64,000 nucleotides of DNA. It comes from an uncultured Gemmatimonadales bacterium. Lineage in GTDB: Bacteria; Gemmatimonadota; Gemmatimonadetes; Gemmatimonadales; GWC2-71-9. Positions 9,807 through 19,909 of the stretch are shown here, piece by piece (positions within the stretch are counted from its first letter, which is position 1; each line of letters opens with the position of its first letter). Both the position numbers and the translations under genes were made by a program. The DNA is taken from assembly GCA_963771275.1 (NCBI GenBank), contig CAVYSW010000003.1, positions 1,280,001 to 1,344,000 of the forward strand. The letters are read 5' to 3'. The notes under the pieces are model-generated. The model did not search any database, was not told the DNA's origin, and saw nothing but the letters and a program-made list of their open reading frames with translations.

Positions 9807-10085
9807 TCAGTAGTGGTAGCGGGCTTGCAAGAAGTCGATGCGGTCGTGGCGCACGAGGTAGACCACGCGGTGCTCCTGCGTCAGCCTGCGCGACCACACG
9901 TCGGGGCCGAGGTACTTGAGGCGTTCCGGCTTGCCAGGGCCGGCGAACGGGTCGCGCAGCACCGCCTCGACGAGATCGAGGCAGCGGAGCGCGGTCTTGC
10001 GGTCGGTATCCACCCAGTAGCGAAGGTCCTCGAGAAACTCCTTCTGGAAGACCGCAGCGCGGGAGCTACTCGGCGGCGGGCTCAA
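9807..10085 (-). CDS. yoeB: Txe/YoeB family toxin
   Basis: EDLRYW, DPFAGPGKPERLKY, WSRRLTQEHRVVY, C-terminal ARYHY. Confidence 0.93.
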   Translation of the reverse strand: MSPPPSSSRAAVFQKEFLEDLRYWVDTDRKTALRCLDLVEAVLRDPFAGPGKPERLKYLGPDVWSRRLTQEHRVVYLVRHDRIDFLQARYHY

Positions 10086-10356
10086 GGCCCAGCTCGCGCT
10101 TCAGGTCCGTAACGGAGCGCGCGTCCCCTTCGTCCGCCAGAGCGCGGTTCAAGGCGCGGAGCAGCCGCTGCGCGTTGGCGGGGGAGCGGAGCAGGTGGGC
10201 GGTCTCGAGCAGCCCGCCCAACTCGTCCGCCGCGACGAGCGCCACGTCGTCGTGGCCGCGGCGGCTGATGATGACGGCCTCGCGGTCTTCCTCCACCCGA
10301 CGCCAGAGCTCCGCCAGATGCTGGCGGGCGGCCGTGTACGTGGTGCGGGTAGGCAT
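10066..10356 (-). CDS. yefM: Phd/YefM family antitoxin
   Basis: TYTAARQHLA, VIISRRG, LETAHLLRSPANAQRL; overlaps yoeB. Confidence 0.93.
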   Translation of the reverse strand: MPTRTTYTAARQHLAELWRRVEEDREAVIISRRGHDDVALVAADELGGLLETAHLLRSPANAQRLLRALNRALADEGDARSVTDLKRELGLEPAAE

Positions 10357-10375
10357 GATCGGCGCTCTGTGAAGA

Positions 10376-10415
10376 TGTACAGGGTTACCGTACAGATAGC
10401 GAGGTGCCCTGTCAA
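10376..10415 (-). promoter_or_regulatory. yefM-yoeB promoter with TGTACA-type operator cores
   Basis: Minus strand TTGACA (10415-10410)-N17-TACGGT (10392-10387); TGTACA at 10376-10381 and CGTACA at 10389-10394. Confidence 0.7.
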
Positions 10416-10542
10416 GCCAGCAGGACGAGGAGCCGAGGCCCGGGCGACGGCAGGGGTGTAACCTCTTCTGCTCCAGCAGGCGTAGGAATGATGAGGCGAG
10501 GATGGCATTGGTGGGCCATGTTCCCGGTCCGGGAGGTGGCCG

Positions 10543-11064
10543 ATGTCGCGACGCGTCAATGTCGTACCACAGGACCGCATCGAGCGGGTCATTCGGGTAG
10601 TCCGGGGCGAACGGGTCATGCTCGATCGTGACCTCGCGTTGCTCTACGGAGTCGAGACGCGGATCCTGGTTCAGGCAATGAAGCGCAACGCCGGCCGTTT
10701 CCCCGGCGACTTCATGTTTCAGCTGACCGACGCCGAGTTCTCCGACTTGACATCACAATCTGTGATCTCAAGTCACTGGGGCGGTCGCCGGCACCGGCCA
10801 TACGCGTTCACCGAGCAGGGAGTCGCAATGCTCTCGAGTGTGCTCAAGAGCCCTCGGGCCGTTTCGGTGAACGTCGAGATCATGCGCGCGTTTGTCCGCC
10901 TGCGGCGCCTCCTGGCGTCCCACGCGGACCTTGCGCAACGGCTCGATGCCCTGGAGCGCCGCTACGACGGCCAGTTCAAGGTCGTGTTCGACGCCATCCG
11001 AGCGTTGATGCAGCCCGCCGAGCCGGAACGCCGCCGAATTGGGTTCCGGGCGGAGCGGGGCTGA
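10543..11064 (+). CDS. ORF6N domain DNA-binding protein
   Basis: [54 protein letters not shown]-terminal RRRIGF. Confidence 0.9.
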   Translation: MSRRVNVVPQDRIERVIRVVRGERVMLDRDLALLYGVETRILVQAMKRNAGRFPGDFMFQLTDAEFSDLTSQSVISSHWGGRRHRPYAFTEQGVAMLSSVLKSPRAVSVNVEIMRAFVRLRRLLASHADLAQRLDALERRYDGQFKVVFDAIRALMQPAEPERRRIGFRAERG

Positions 11065-11189
11065 TGCTCACCATCAGGCGGCCGGCCCTTGGCGCGGCCT
11101 TCCGCGCGCGACCGCGCGGAGCCGCCACGGGTAACCGCGCCGAGCGTTGAACGGGCGCAGCCAGTGTCGGCCGATCTCCTTCTGCCGTG

Positions 11190-11218
11190 TTGCATCGACG
11201 CACATACTGGAGTATGCT
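11190..11218 (+). promoter_or_regulatory. vapBC promoter with overlapping palindrome, probably leaderless
   Basis: TTGCAT-N17-TATGCT ending 7 nt before ATG 11226; CATACT-GG-AGTATG at 11203-11216. Confidence 0.65.
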
Positions 11219-11225
11219 TTCATGC

Positions 11226-11462
11226 ATGCGTACCACCGTTGACCTCAATGACCGGCTGTTCCGGGCGGCGAAGCGCCGCGCCGCGGAGGAGGGCGTCACG
11301 CTTAGGCGCGTCATCGAGGATGCGCTGAGGGGCTACCTCGCCGGACCGAAGGCGGCCAGCGGCTATCGGCTGAGTTGGCGGGCCGAGCGCGGTCGCGTAT
11401 TGCCGGGGGTGCGGCTGGATGATCGGGACGCGCTGTTCGACCTGATGGACGGCCGGCGGTGA
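11226..11462 (+). CDS. vapB: VapB-type ribbon-helix-helix antitoxin
   Basis: MRTTVDLNDRLFRAAKRRAA..G.TL..VIEDALR; GTGA overlap with a PIN gene. Confidence 0.85.
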   Translation: MRTTVDLNDRLFRAAKRRAAEEGVTLRRVIEDALRGYLAGPKAASGYRLSWRAERGRVLPGVRLDDRDALFDLMDGRR

Positions 11463-11902
11463 TCGCGCTCGACACCAACATCCTGGTGTACGCGCGGCGC
11501 GAGGAGCTGCCGCAGCACCCGCGGGCCCGCGCCCTGCTCACGCGGCTTGCCGAGGGCAGCGCGCCGTGGGCGCTGCCGTGGCCGTGCGTCTACGAGTACC
11601 TGCGCGTGGTGACGCACCCGCGCGTGTTCGACCCGCCGACCGACCTCGATGCCGCGCTCGCGGACCTCGAGTCCCTGCTCGCGTCGCCGTCGCTGGTGTT
11701 GCTAGGCGAAGGGCCGGGCCACCCCACCCACCTGCGGCGCCTGGTGGCGGCCGGCAAGGCCGCGGGGAACCTGGTGCATGATGCCCACATCGCGGCGCTC
11801 GTCGTGGAGCACGGGGCGCACGAGCTGTGGACGACCGATCGCGATTTCGCGCGGTTCCCCGGGCTCACCGTGCGGGACCCGTTCGCGGACGAGACCGCAT
11901 GA
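11459..11902 (+). CDS. vapC: VapC PIN-domain ribonuclease toxin
   Basis: IALDTNILVYA, YEYLRVVTHP, GNLVHDAHIAAL, TTDRDF acidic PIN residues. Confidence 0.92.
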   Translation: MIALDTNILVYARREELPQHPRARALLTRLAEGSAPWALPWPCVYEYLRVVTHPRVFDPPTDLDAALADLESLLASPSLVLLGEGPGHPTHLRRLVAAGKAAGNLVHDAHIAALVVEHGAHELWTTDRDFARFPGLTVRDPFADETA

Positions 11903-11968
11903 TCTCGAGGCTGGATCGTGCAGACCCGGGTGCGGGTGAGGAGTTCTGCCGGGCTTCAGGCAGACGCC

Positions 11969-12021
11969 AAAGCAGGCCGGGCTCCCACCACCGATCGGTG
12001 ATGGGAGCCCGTGTGCCTGCT
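11969..12021. terminator. Hairpin between convergent vapC and lipoprotein genes
   Basis: AGCAGGC-CGGGCTCCCA...TGGGAGCCCG-TGT-GCCTGCT; short T run on the minus strand. Confidence 0.55.
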
Positions 12022-12035
12022 CGAGCGCCGCTGCG

Positions 12036-13964
12036 CTACGGGTTGGTGTACGTCACGACCGCCTTGTAGTCGAAGGCCGTCGGCCCGGAGTAGTTCTTGA
12101 TGACGAACGTGATCGTGTTGGTTCCGGCATGGAACAGCTCGGCGATCGCGGTCGAGTAGTGTTCCGGATCGCCCTGGAAGTTGGAACCGATCTCGGCATC
12201 CGTTTGCATGCCGATCGGTGTCCCGTTGAGGAAGATGGTCGCCACGTTGTCGGCGTGGATGAGGATGCTGAGGTTCGGGCTGCTGAACCCTGCGGGTAGC
12301 TCAAAGGTCGTCTGATACGTACGGTTTCCCGATGGCGCGTCCGCCGTGGCATCGGTGTTGTAGCTGATGTAGTGGGTGCCGGCGATGACGTCGTAGGCCG
12401 GGTTCGGCGCGACGATGTGGGCATCCCCCCACGACTCTTCCCCGCTCAGGAACTGGTTGTTGGCATCCGTCCCGCCGATTTCCCCGGCGCCGCTGATCAG
12501 GGTGAGCTCGGTGGTCTCCGGCGTGGCGGTGGCCGAGAAGGTGAGCGTGCCGCGAGACAGGAGGCCGCTTTCGGTCGGCGCCACACCCAGCCCCACACCG
12601 CCGGCCTCGAGGAGGTTCGTGACCGGGGTCGGCCCCATGGTCCAGGACGTGACGCGCGCAATGCCGTCCGCGTCGGTGGTGACCTTGAGCGGCGTCGCGG
12701 GCACCACGCTGCCGTCGCCCGCGGTCACCGTGAAGCCGACCGTCGCGCCGTGCACCGGGTCGCCGTTCTCGTCGGTCACCCTCACCGCCGGCGCGATGGG
12801 TACCGCCGTACCCACCCGCTTCGTCTGTCCGTCACCCTCGTAGATCGCGAACTTCGCGGGGAGCTGGAACTGGAACCGGCTGAACGAGAGGGCGAGGCCG
12901 CCCAGGCCCTTGTGGGTGGCCCACAACTGGGTCGGCATGACCGCGCCCTTGATGGCTTTCCAGCCGGCCCACGCGAGGTGCAGCAACGGATTCGCCGGAC
13001 CGCTCCCCACGACAGTCGGGCAGTGGTCGGAGACGTTCTCCAGCGCCTCGACGTGACCCGCATCGTCGACCCGATGGATCTGGAGCAGATCCTTCTGCTC
13101 ATGCGACAGGTCCACGGCGCTCAGATCGAAGCAGAGTGAGACCGTGGCGGACGTGGTGAGCGGCCCGCTCAGCACCGGATCCGTCACGATGTGGAAGCAC
13201 GGACCAACCTTGAGCAGGTCGGTCGGCACGTCGCCTTCACCCTCGGCGCACGGCTCGACCGTCACCGTCACCTGCTGCACGCCGCCCGGGAACGTGCCGC
13301 CCTCTTGCGGCGGCACCGTGACACCGCTTCCCGCGTTGGGACCCTCCGTGAGCGCGACGTTGCTCGTCTCCGTGGCCGTGATGGTCTGCGAGGTGCACTG
13401 CGTCGCGTCCGGACACAACGCGTTGTTCTCGATCCGGAACCTGATCGGCAGCGTGCGACCGTTCACCAGCCCGATGTACTCGTTGGTCTGGACGTTCCTC
13501 AACCCCAAGATGGTCCTGACGGGATCCACGTCCGCGAAGCCGAGCAGCGTCGAGCCGACCAGGACCCGGATGCGGTACGTCTTGTTGACGTCGAGCTGCG
13601 AATCGTCGGTGTCCCAGTTGACGTGATACCAATCGAGGCGCACGTCGACGTCGACCGATCCAAAGTGCGCAACCGGCGGCCCCGCGACGCACGTCGCGGG
13701 GAGGGTTGCCGTCAACTCGCAGATGTCGACTACGGGAGCCAGGTTGGGGTTGAACGCACCCCTGTCGAAGTTGGGGTCGTCGAAGCGCGGCGTCGGGAGG
13801 ATTGGCGGCAGGAAGAAGAAGTCGGGATTGCCCCCGGAGCGACTGCCGTCGGAAATCTCGGCGGAGATGCCCGGAGCCTGGGGAGCTTGTGGTGCCAGGG
13901 ACTGCTGGTCCTGACAGCCGACGAGGACGGCAGCCGCAACGGCGAGCAGAGCGCCACGCTTCAT
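12036..13964 (-). CDS. Large surface lipoprotein with an Ig-like (Big_1-type) domain and a C-terminal jelly-roll-like domain
   Basis: MKRGALLAVAAAVLVGC lipobox; GDGQ...PAVRVTDENGDPVHGATVGFTVTAGDGSV...TDADGIA Ig motif; HADNVATIFLNG...GTNTITF. Confidence 0.7.
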   Translation of the reverse strand: MKRGALLAVAAAVLVGCQDQQSLAPQAPQAPGISAEISDGSRSGGNPDFFFLPPILPTPRFDDPNFDRGAFNPNLAPVVDICELTATLPATCVAGPPVAHFGSVDVDVRLDWYHVNWDTDDSQLDVNKTYRIRVLVGSTLLGFADVDPVRTILGLRNVQTNEYIGLVNGRTLPIRFRIENNALCPDATQCTSQTITATETSNVALTEGPNAGSGVTVPPQEGGTFPGGVQQVTVTVEPCAEGEGDVPTDLLKVGPCFHIVTDPVLSGPLTTSATVSLCFDLSAVDLSHEQKDLLQIHRVDDAGHVEALENVSDHCPTVVGSGPANPLLHLAWAGWKAIKGAVMPTQLWATHKGLGGLALSFSRFQFQLPAKFAIYEGDGQTKRVGTAVPIAPAVRVTDENGDPVHGATVGFTVTAGDGSVVPATPLKVTTDADGIARVTSWTMGPTPVTNLLEAGGVGLGVAPTESGLLSRGTLTFSATATPETTELTLISGAGEIGGTDANNQFLSGEESWGDAHIVAPNPAYDVIAGTHYISYNTDATADAPSGNRTYQTTFELPAGFSSPNLSILIHADNVATIFLNGTPIGMQTDAEIGSNFQGDPEHYSTAIAELFHAGTNTITFVIKNYSGPTAFDYKAVVTYTNP

Positions 13965-14169
13965 GGAAACCGCTCCTTCTTCTGGGAGAGCCGGGTGGGG
14001 GGACGGGACCGGTCGGGCATCAATTCCGAGCATTTTAGTCAAGATTCATGCCTCAAGCAACTCTCGACGGCATCGCGATCGCGCGTTGCCGCCGTTGGGG
14101 TTACGCTCGCCGTCTCACGGGAAGCCGCGGACGATCTGTCGAGTTGGGGCTACAACAGCCGCGGTCGCG

Positions 14170-16725
14170 CTAGTGCGTCGTCTCGAGCTCGCGAAACCGG
14201 GGGTTGCGCACGAGATCGCGCCACCACCAGTGGACGTCACCGCCGGCGGTGAACGGATGGTTCGCGGTCGTGTAGCGCTTCAGCAGATCGATGGCCGTAT
14301 CCTCATCGCCGAGCAGCGTGCGCATGAACGCTTCGAGCGACAGCAGCTCTTGAATCGGGTCCACCTCCGGCCCCGCGCGCGCCGCGACCAGAACGTGACG
14401 CGCGCTGTCGGCCAGCGCGCGGGCGCGCGCGGCATCGGCGCTGTCCTGGCGGGAGGCGCGCGCGATGATGCCGCCCACCACCATCAGCGCGCGGTGATGC
14501 GCGCCGGCCCGGAGCGGCTCGGGGGTGAGCGAGTCGATGCGCGCCAGCAGCGACCAGCCCCGAGCGACGTCCGGGGCGACCGCGGGCGTGGTCATCATCC
14601 AGAGCCGGCATTCGGTGAAGCGGAATTGGTCCGGGAACCGGCGTCCTCCCTCGTCACACCAGCGCTGCGCCTGGGTGAACTGGGCGAGATCGTACGATCC
14701 GAGGAACAGACGCCAGAGGACGGCGTTCGCCACGCGGAGGTAGGCGTCCTGGCGGTACGCCTTCTCGGCGGCGATGAGCGCGTCCGACACGGCGTCGGTC
14801 TGGTAGTACAGTGCGCTCAACGTGCTGTAGGCACCGGCGCGGTACGGGTCGAGCCGCACCGACTCCTCGAGGTCAGCCTTGGCGCTGTCGAGCAGCGCCG
14901 CCGCCTGCTTGGGATCGGGGACGATCTGGCGGGTCCACCAGAAGTACCGGACCGTCCCCAGCAGCTCGAGCGCCTCGGGGTCACGCGGGGCCAGCGCGAG
15001 CGCGTGCTCGGCGTGGCGCACCGCGTCCTGGATGTGCGCCACCATCTCGGGCTGCTCATCGGACAGCCGCGCCTGGCGGTAGGCGATCTCGCCCTGCAGC
15101 ACCGCCGGTTGGGCCCACTTCGCGTCGGTCTGCTCGGCGAGCGCCGCCACGGAGTCGGCCTGATCGAATGTGGCGAACGCGCCGTGGACGTCCTCGTCGT
15201 CGAGCCGCGCTTCGGCGTCCTTCCGCATGGTTTCGGCCCGGAGAAAGAGCACCCAGGCGTTGACGTTGTCGGTGCCGGCGCGCTCGTTACGCAACGTGAT
15301 CTCGGCGCCCAGGCGCTGGCGCAGAATCCCCGCGATCCGGCTGCTCGCCGAATCCTGCAGGGCCGTCAACTGCGCGGTGGGGAGCACGAACGTGGAGCTC
15401 TGGACCTCCGCCCCGCTCTCGCCGTCGATCAGGCGCGTGGTGACCCGTAGCCGATCGCCGCCCTCCGGCTCGACCCCCCCGATGAAGACGGTGCCGACCT
15501 GGAGGGCCCGGGCCACGCTGTCACGGCTCAGCTTCGTGTCGCGATAGGGCGCGACGCCGTTCTCGGAGATCACGCTGAGGTTGGGGACGCGCGAGAGCTG
15601 GTCGATCAACCCCTCGGTCAGTCCATCGGCCACGTAGCCGAGGTCGTGGCTGGCGCTCAGGTCCTGGAAGTAGAGCACGGCGACGTGGGTCGGATCGAGG
15701 CTGCCGGTGAGCGCCGGCGGGGGCGCGGACTTGCCGCCCAGCAGGCGCCACCCTGCCAGGCCGGCGGCGACCAGGGCGAGCGCCCCGAGTGCCGGCACCG
15801 CAACGCGCTTCCACCGTCCACCCGGGACGCGATATGCCTCCGCGGGCCGCCGCACGGCGGTCGACTTCCGGACCTTGGGGGTCGCGCCCGCCGCGACGGC
15901 GGCCAGGGCGTCCACGAAGTCCTGGGCCGTCCGAAACCGATCGGCCGGCACCTTGGCCAGCGCGCAGTAGATGATGTCCTCGAGCTCCGGCGGGACGGTG
16001 TCGCGCATGATGTGCGGTGCCGGAACGTGGTCCATCGAGTGCCGCGCGATGATCGCCTGCGGCGTGGGACCCGTGAACGGGATCTGGCCGACCAGCAGCT
16101 CATAGAGCACGCATCCCAGACTGTAGATGTCGCTCCGGGCGTCGATGTTGGGGTCGCCCATGCCCTGCTCGGGACTCATGTAGGCCGGCGTGCCGACCGA
16201 CATGCCGGTCTGGGTCATCTTGTCGCCGCCGGCCTCGTTCACCGCCCGCGCGATCCCGAAATCGGCGATGACCGCGTGGCCCGCGGAGAGCATGATGTTG
16301 TCCGGCTTGATGTCGCGGTGAATCAGCCCATAGCTGTGCGCGTAGGCGAGTCCCTCGCCAACCTCCCGCGTGACCTGAATGGCCTCGTCGATGGAGAGTT
16401 GCCGCTCCCGCACGACCCGGTCGGAGAGCGATTCCCCCTGAACATAGGGCATGACGTAGTACAGGAACCCGTCGGCCGCACCCGAGTCGTACAACGGCAG
16501 GATGTGCGGGTGGCTGAGCTTGGCAGTGATCTGGATCTCGCGGAGGAAGCGGTCGGCGCCCATGGACGCCGCAAGGTCGGGGTGCAGCACCTTGACGGCG
16601 ACATGGCGGTCGTGCTTGGGGTCCCGCGCGAGATAGACGGTGGCCATCCCGCCCTGTCCGAGCTCCCGCTCGAGATCATAGCGGCCGGCCAGCGCGGCTT
16701 TCAGGCGCTCGAAGTCGCTTGCCAC
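14170..16725 (-). CDS. Membrane Hanks-type Ser/Thr kinase with TolB-N-like and TPR-like ectodomain
   Basis: GQGGMATVY, VAVK, HRDIKPDN, DFG, GTPAYMSPEQ; single TM; VAVLYFQDLS; helical repeats. Confidence 0.92.
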   Translation of the reverse strand: MASDFERLKAALAGRYDLERELGQGGMATVYLARDPKHDRHVAVKVLHPDLAASMGADRFLREIQITAKLSHPHILPLYDSGAADGFLYYVMPYVQGESLSDRVVRERQLSIDEAIQVTREVGEGLAYAHSYGLIHRDIKPDNIMLSAGHAVIADFGIARAVNEAGGDKMTQTGMSVGTPAYMSPEQGMGDPNIDARSDIYSLGCVLYELLVGQIPFTGPTPQAIIARHSMDHVPAPHIMRDTVPPELEDIIYCALAKVPADRFRTAQDFVDALAAVAAGATPKVRKSTAVRRPAEAYRVPGGRWKRVAVPALGALALVAAGLAGWRLLGGKSAPPPALTGSLDPTHVAVLYFQDLSASHDLGYVADGLTEGLIDQLSRVPNLSVISENGVAPYRDTKLSRDSVARALQVGTVFIGGVEPEGGDRLRVTTRLIDGESGAEVQSSTFVLPTAQLTALQDSASSRIAGILRQRLGAEITLRNERAGTDNVNAWVLFLRAETMRKDAEARLDDEDVHGAFATFDQADSVAALAEQTDAKWAQPAVLQGEIAYRQARLSDEQPEMVAHIQDAVRHAEHALALAPRDPEALELLGTVRYFWWTRQIVPDPKQAAALLDSAKADLEESVRLDPYRAGAYSTLSALYYQTDAVSDALIAAEKAYRQDAYLRVANAVLWRLFLGSYDLAQFTQAQRWCDEGGRRFPDQFRFTECRLWMMTTPAVAPDVARGWSLLARIDSLTPEPLRAGAHHRALMVVGGIIARASRQDSADAARARALADSARHVLVAARAGPEVDPIQELLSLEAFMRTLLGDEDTAIDLLKRYTTANHPFTAGGDVHWWWRDLVRNPRFRELETTH

Positions 16726-17120
16726 GATCTAGCTACCGTCCCCGAGGAAGCGGTTGAGCACCGGGTGCCTGAGTGTCTGGCGGCCAATCCCGATCGGTGA
16801 AAGCGCGCGACGGAGGCTCCGCCCGAGCAGCTCGCTGTCGTCGCACACGGTTTCACCGCTACGGCAACCGGTAGATCCATTCAAGCTGACAGCGGTGCTC
16901 CCCTGGCGTGGGCCGGGTGGCCGACAATGAATGAGCCGGAAGACGCGTCGGGGGCTCACATTGGGATGCTGGGCTGGCAGACTGGGTGTCCCGTGGCGAG
17001 GCCCTGACTTGCCAACCCGTAACATGTCCCCCTTGGAGGGGGCTGTCTAGTGCCGCGGGGGACCCGGCTACGTTCGGCGTGGGGTCTGCCGGCGCTGATG
17101 AGCACGCACCGCCGCCCCCG

Positions 17121-19862
17121 TCAGTCACGGCCGGCCGGCACCATCCCCTGAAGCTGGCGCAGCAGCTCGCCCACGCGCTTCATCTGCTCGCCGTACGTCG
17201 CCCAGTCTCCCACCCTCTGGGCGGCCGTCGCCTGCTGGTAGCGGTCGACCGCTTCGCGGACCAGATCGGCGATCCGCGCGGCCGTGGTCGCCGTTCCCGC
17301 CCCGGCCGCCCCCGCCGCTCCTGCCGGCTCTGCCGCTCCTGCCGCCTCCGAGGGTGCCGGCGCCAGCGCTCCGCCGAACAGCCGGGCGATCCCCTGGGCG
17401 AGCGTCTCCTCCATGACGACCTGGTTCTGATAGGCGACGATCACGCGCTTGAGCTCGGGGATCTTCCCGCCCTCCGCCCGGAGATACAGCGCCTGCACGA
17501 ACAGCAGCGATTCCCCGATCGGGATCACGAGCAGACTGCCGCGAATGACCTGCGACCCGCGCTGATCCCACAGCGAGATCTGGCCCGAGATATCGGTGTT
17601 CTGGTTGATGCGGTTGGCGATCTGGGTCGGCCCGAACACCAGGCTCTGCCGCGGGAAGCGATAGACGACCAGCTGGCCGTAGTGCGGCCCGTCACTCCGT
17701 GCCACCATCCACGCCGCGAGGTTGTCCTTCTGGCGGGGCGTGAACGGGGTCATCGAGATGTACTCCTCCTGGGCTTCGCCCGGGAGCCGCATCACCATGT
17801 GCCGCAGAAACGGGTCCGCACCGCCCTGCGGCAGGCCCGGGATCTGCCACTGATCCTCCCGGGCGTAGAACAGGTCGGGCGCGTCCATGTGGTACGTCGT
17901 GTACAGCGCCGTCTGGATGCGGAACAGATCGGCCGGGTACCGCACGTGCGCCCGCACGTCCGCCGGCATGGAATCGAGCGGCTGGAAGATGCCGCCGAAG
18001 ATCTTGGCGTAGGTCTTGAGGATCGGGTCGTTCGGGTCGGCGGTGTAGGCGTGCACCGTGCCGTCGTACGCGTCGATCACGACCTTCACGCTGTTGCGCA
18101 GGTAGTTGGTGCCGTCGCCGGCGGGCTGGGCGTAGGGGTAGCGGCTGCTCGCGGTGTAGGCGTCGAGCAGCCACTCGAGGCGGCCGTCCTGTGTGATCAC
18201 GAGGTACGGATCGCCGTCCCACATCAGGAACGGCAGGGCCTTGCTCGCCCGCTCGAGGATGTTGCGGTGGTAGAGGGCGCGGCTGTCCCGCGTGATCAGG
18301 CCGGTGAGCAACACGTCGAGTGAGCCGAACCGGAGGCTCAGGACGAGCTTCCGGAACAGCGAGTTAACGGGCACGCCGTGGTCGCCCTGATAGATCGTGA
18401 ACGCGCTGGAATCGCCCAGCGGGTAGTCGAACTCCCGCTGCCGCGTGTTGACGAACACGTACTCACTCGACAGCTCGCCGTAGTACAGCGCGGGCCGCGT
18501 CACGCCGAGCGAGCCGGTGGACTGCGGCGGCAGGTCCTTGACGAACAGTACCGGCAACCCCTCGGGCGAGATCTGATTCACGGGGGCCAGGGTGAGCCCC
18601 ATCCCGTGGGTGTACGTGAGATGCTCGTTGATGAAGTTCCGGGTCGGGAGCGAGGCGACGTTGAGCTCGCGCGCCGACAACAGCACCTGGCGGTACTTCC
18701 CGTCGATCCAATAGCGATCGTCATCGACCGAGCGGAAATCGTAGTACGTGCGGATTTCCTGGAGCTGCTGGAACGTCTGCAGCAGCGGGTCGCGGTCCCA
18801 CAGGCGCACGTTCCCCACGGTGCCGCCGTTGGCCTCGATGTCGGCCTGGGTGAGCGTCGCTTCGCCGCCCAGATCGTGCGTCTGGACGGCGTCGAGACCC
18901 CAGGCGCGTCGCGTGGCGGCGATGTGGTGCGCGAGCTGGGGAGTCTCCCTGATCAACTCGTTCGGGCGGACGACGAACTTCTGGACCGCGGCGGCCACCC
19001 CCGCCCCGACGACCGCCACGGCGGCGTAGAGTCCCACCGCCACGACCGCGTTCCGCACCAGGCGGCGGGTGAGCGCGCCGAGCAGCACCAGTCCCATCCC
19101 GAGGAACGCGATCACCCCGAGCACGCGGAGCAGCGGGACGCGCACGGCGAGATCGGTGTAGCTCGCGCCGAACAGCGGGCCCGCGGTCGAATAGAGGAGC
19201 GAGGGAATCCGCACCAGGAACACGGTCGCCCCGGTCGCCCCGAACAGCAGCGCGAGCAGCCCCGCCACGTGGGCTTGCGCCGACGGCTCGATCGCGACGC
19301 GCCGGCGCTGGAACACGATGTCGCGCCGGAGCATGTAGAGCGGGACGATCATGATCAGCGAGAGCAGCGCGAGCCCCACCACGAGCTGCAGCGCCACCGA
19401 CACGGCCGGCAGCGTGAAGACGTAGTAGCCGACGTCCTTGCCGAACACCGCGTCCACCTCGCCGAACGGCGTGCGGTTCAAGAACCGGAGCAGCACGAGC
19501 CATGCGCCCGCTCCGGTGAACGCCATGAGCACGGCGACGAACAGCGCGATGGGCAACGCGAAGCGGCGGAGCAGCCGCGCCAGCTCGAGCGGCGCGTTGG
19601 GGCTCAGGTTGCTGATCCGCAGGTCGGGGACGACGATCCCGCGTTGGGCGAACCTCAGGTTGAGATAGAGGAACGCGAACGCGAGCAGCCCCACGCCCAG
19701 CCCGAGACCGAGCTTGGTGCCGAGCTCCGTCAGGAAGACCGTCTGAAAGTGCAGGTCCTGGAACCAGTACCAGTCGGCGGCCAGCCGGGCCAGAGCCTGC
19801 GAGCTGGCGAGCGCCACCAGGGCCGCCACCAGGACGAGCAGTACCAGCGTCCTGCGTTTCAC
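17121..19862 (-). CDS. UPF0182 family membrane protein
   Basis: DWYWF..L...VF, D..FGKDVGYYVF.LP, NVRLWD, YTHG.G, NYLRNSVKVVIDAYDG, GSLLVIPI, IPELKRVIV. Confidence 0.93.
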   Translation of the reverse strand: MKRRTLVLLVLVAALVALASSQALARLAADWYWFQDLHFQTVFLTELGTKLGLGLGVGLLAFAFLYLNLRFAQRGIVVPDLRISNLSPNAPLELARLLRRFALPIALFVAVLMAFTGAGAWLVLLRFLNRTPFGEVDAVFGKDVGYYVFTLPAVSVALQLVVGLALLSLIMIVPLYMLRRDIVFQRRRVAIEPSAQAHVAGLLALLFGATGATVFLVRIPSLLYSTAGPLFGASYTDLAVRVPLLRVLGVIAFLGMGLVLLGALTRRLVRNAVVAVGLYAAVAVVGAGVAAAVQKFVVRPNELIRETPQLAHHIAATRRAWGLDAVQTHDLGGEATLTQADIEANGGTVGNVRLWDRDPLLQTFQQLQEIRTYYDFRSVDDDRYWIDGKYRQVLLSARELNVASLPTRNFINEHLTYTHGMGLTLAPVNQISPEGLPVLFVKDLPPQSTGSLGVTRPALYYGELSSEYVFVNTRQREFDYPLGDSSAFTIYQGDHGVPVNSLFRKLVLSLRFGSLDVLLTGLITRDSRALYHRNILERASKALPFLMWDGDPYLVITQDGRLEWLLDAYTASSRYPYAQPAGDGTNYLRNSVKVVIDAYDGTVHAYTADPNDPILKTYAKIFGGIFQPLDSMPADVRAHVRYPADLFRIQTALYTTYHMDAPDLFYAREDQWQIPGLPQGGADPFLRHMVMRLPGEAQEEYISMTPFTPRQKDNLAAWMVARSDGPHYGQLVVYRFPRQSLVFGPTQIANRINQNTDISGQISLWDQRGSQVIRGSLLVIPIGESLLFVQALYLRAEGGKIPELKRVIVAYQNQVVMEETLAQGIARLFGGALAPAPSEAAGAAEPAGAAGAAGAGTATTAARIADLVREAVDRYQQATAAQRVGDWATYGEQMKRVGELLRQLQGMVPAGRD

Positions 19863-19909
19863 GACTCACTCCCGTTCCGAGGGTCCCTGCAGTATACCCA
19901 CGCGACCGG

